DNA from: a virus
Taxonomy: Duplodnaviria > Caudoviricetes
Length of the DNA: 64,000 nucleotides
Direction: 5' to 3' (one strand)
IMG/VR virus record: IMGVR_UViG_2531839014_000003
Span: 1-64,000 of that record
The notes below the pieces were generated by a model. It was not told the origin of the DNA. It ran no database searches and worked only from the letters and a program-made list of their open reading frames with translations. Made by a program: the position numbers and the translations under genes. This document shows, piece after piece, positions 62,951 through 64,000 of this stretch; the first letter of the stretch is position 1; each line of letters starts with the position of its first letter.

Positions 62951-63025
62951 TCTACTATAAAAGTAAAGATTCTTTTTGTTAATTATCTAGTATTTTTTAA
63001 AGTAATCTACAGAGTAATAGCACTC

Positions 63026-64000
63026 TATAGTGGCTCAGTTGTCAAGACAAAAATCTAAGATTTTTATAATGAACTGATATGGTTGATATGTAACGAGGAA
63101 CATGGGGAGGATAATGGAACACTCCCCAGATCCATATATGCATTAAGCTACATAAGGCAGAAGCATTGCCGGGTAGTAGCACTCAGCAGGCGTTTTGTAA
63201 TCAAGGGCAGAATGGCATCTCTCAAAGTTGTAGGTGTGGACATAACGTCCAATAGCAGATCTGGCTTCCTTGATGTTGTTATACAGTGTCAGATAAGCTT
63301 CTTCATACTTGAAGCTGCGGAACCAACGCTCAATCATGATGTTGTCAGCCCAACGGCTTTTTCCATCCATACTCTGACGGATACCATTTTCTTTTACAAA
63401 GTCAACATATTGTTGACTTGTGAACTGACAACCCTGATCAGAGTTCAAAATCTGTGGTTTTGACACAGCAAATGCTTTTTTAAGAGCATTGATAACCATT
63501 CTGGTATCAAGTGTATCATCGACTTCCCAGCCTACGATACAGCGGCTGTACCAGTCGATTACAGCAGTCAGATACAGAAATCCGTGTCTGATTGGAATAT
63601 ATGTAATGTCAATAGACCACCCCTGATTTGGAGCGTCTATGGCAGCATTTCGCAGAAGATAAGGACATACCTTTGCCTGTTGCATCCGCTTGGAAAGATT
63701 CATCTTAGGATAGATTGGGTAAATATCCATTTCATTCATATAGCGATGTGCTTTACGCCGTCCGACATGATAACCTCTATTCTGGAGCTGTGCAGACATT
63801 TGTCTTGCTCCCCATGTTGGATTGTCCGTATGAAGATGGTCGATAATCTCTTTACAAGCTAGTTCTTCATCTGATACAGGTGAAGTCTTGTAATAGATGC
63901 TTGTACGGTTGATATCAAGCAGTTTTGCTCCTACGGATGCCGGGATTTCTTTAGTCGTCAAAAGGTTTTGGACTAAACTTACTCTCGTAGTCAGGTCCAC
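63026..64000 (-). mobile_element. IS3-family insertion sequence (runs off the window)
   Basis: orfB plus terminal TATAGTGGCTCAGTTGTCAAGACA. Confidence 0.85.
63143..64000 (-). CDS. IS3-family transposase OrfB
   Basis: WSIDITY, NSDQGCQFTS, SMDGK..DN..IERWFRSFKYE. Confidence 0.93.
   Translation of the reverse strand: MDLTTRVSLVQNLLTTKEIPASVGAKLLDINRTSIYYKTSPVSDEELACKEIIDHLHTDNPTWGARQMSAQLQNRGYHVGRRKAHRYMNEMDIYPIYPKMNLSKRMQQAKVCPYLLRNAAIDAPNQGWSIDITYIPIRHGFLYLTAVIDWYSRCIVGWEVDDTLDTRMVINALKKAFAVSKPQILNSDQGCQFTSQQYVDFVKENGIRQSMDGKSRWADNIMIERWFRSFKYEEAYLTLYNNIKEARSAIGRYVHTYNFERCHSALDYKTPAECYYPAMLLPYVA

Larger units (their letters stand above)
1145..63025 (-). mobile_element. Large prophage, early/replication/accessory arm (probably continues beyond the window)
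   Basis: att fragment plus excisionase at the left end; co-oriented phage-type replication and nucleotide genes; many small ORFs; low GC. Confidence 0.9.

Noticed and set aside
2170-62980. Junction motif as CcpA cre sites
   Set aside because: cre has a 4-bp centre with conserved CG; these have a variable 6-bp core
1595-63862. Most plus-strand ORFs in the track, such as 7067..7555, 11104..11610, 20806..21255 and 29524..29988
   Set aside because: Antisense shadows of well-supported minus-strand genes, without SD or recognisable motifs
1-64000. Second DGR variable repeat elsewhere in the window
   Set aside because: No other GVRP-type C-terminus or TR-like sequence seen by eye; a BLASTN with TR would be decisive

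Overview
The window is one arm of a large (SPbeta-like in gene content) prophage from a low-GC Firmicute, probably Clostridia/Lachnospiraceae (inference). It begins with an IS1182-family element and the displaced 3' half of a tRNA-Trp that marks the prophage att end, followed by an excisionase. Almost all phage genes are on the minus strand. They include nucleotide metabolism (dut, nrdG, nrdD, gmk, thyX), a DNA ligase, a replication operon (SSB-like, Sak4-like ATPase, helicase, primase, nuclease, HD protein, DnaE, RecD2), tRNAs, RNA-repair enzymes (Thg1, CCA-adding enzyme, RlaP-like nucleotidyltransferase, phosphoesterase), a DNA-modification cluster (three methyltransferases, four PAPS-reductase-family genes), a complete diversity-generating retroelement (target-VR, hairpin, avd, TR, RT) and an IS3 element at the right edge. 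The least explained signals are: (1) about 30 copies of a 16-bp palindromic site TGAAA-N6-TTTCA at accessory-gene junctions, two of which share an identical core and bound a 300-bp inversion that splits a Dam-type methylase, suggesting a cassette-shuffling recombination system; (2) a conserved structured leader that separates the Shine-Dalgarno from the start codon by about 130 nt in PAPS-reductase-family genes; (3) a tRNA-like ncRNA sitting alone between two such sites; (4) a circularly permuted C5 methyltransferase; (5) tandem NrdR boxes; (6) a DGR whose VR shows 13 of 14 changes as A-to-G. All protein calls come from motif recognition by eye; no searches were run.
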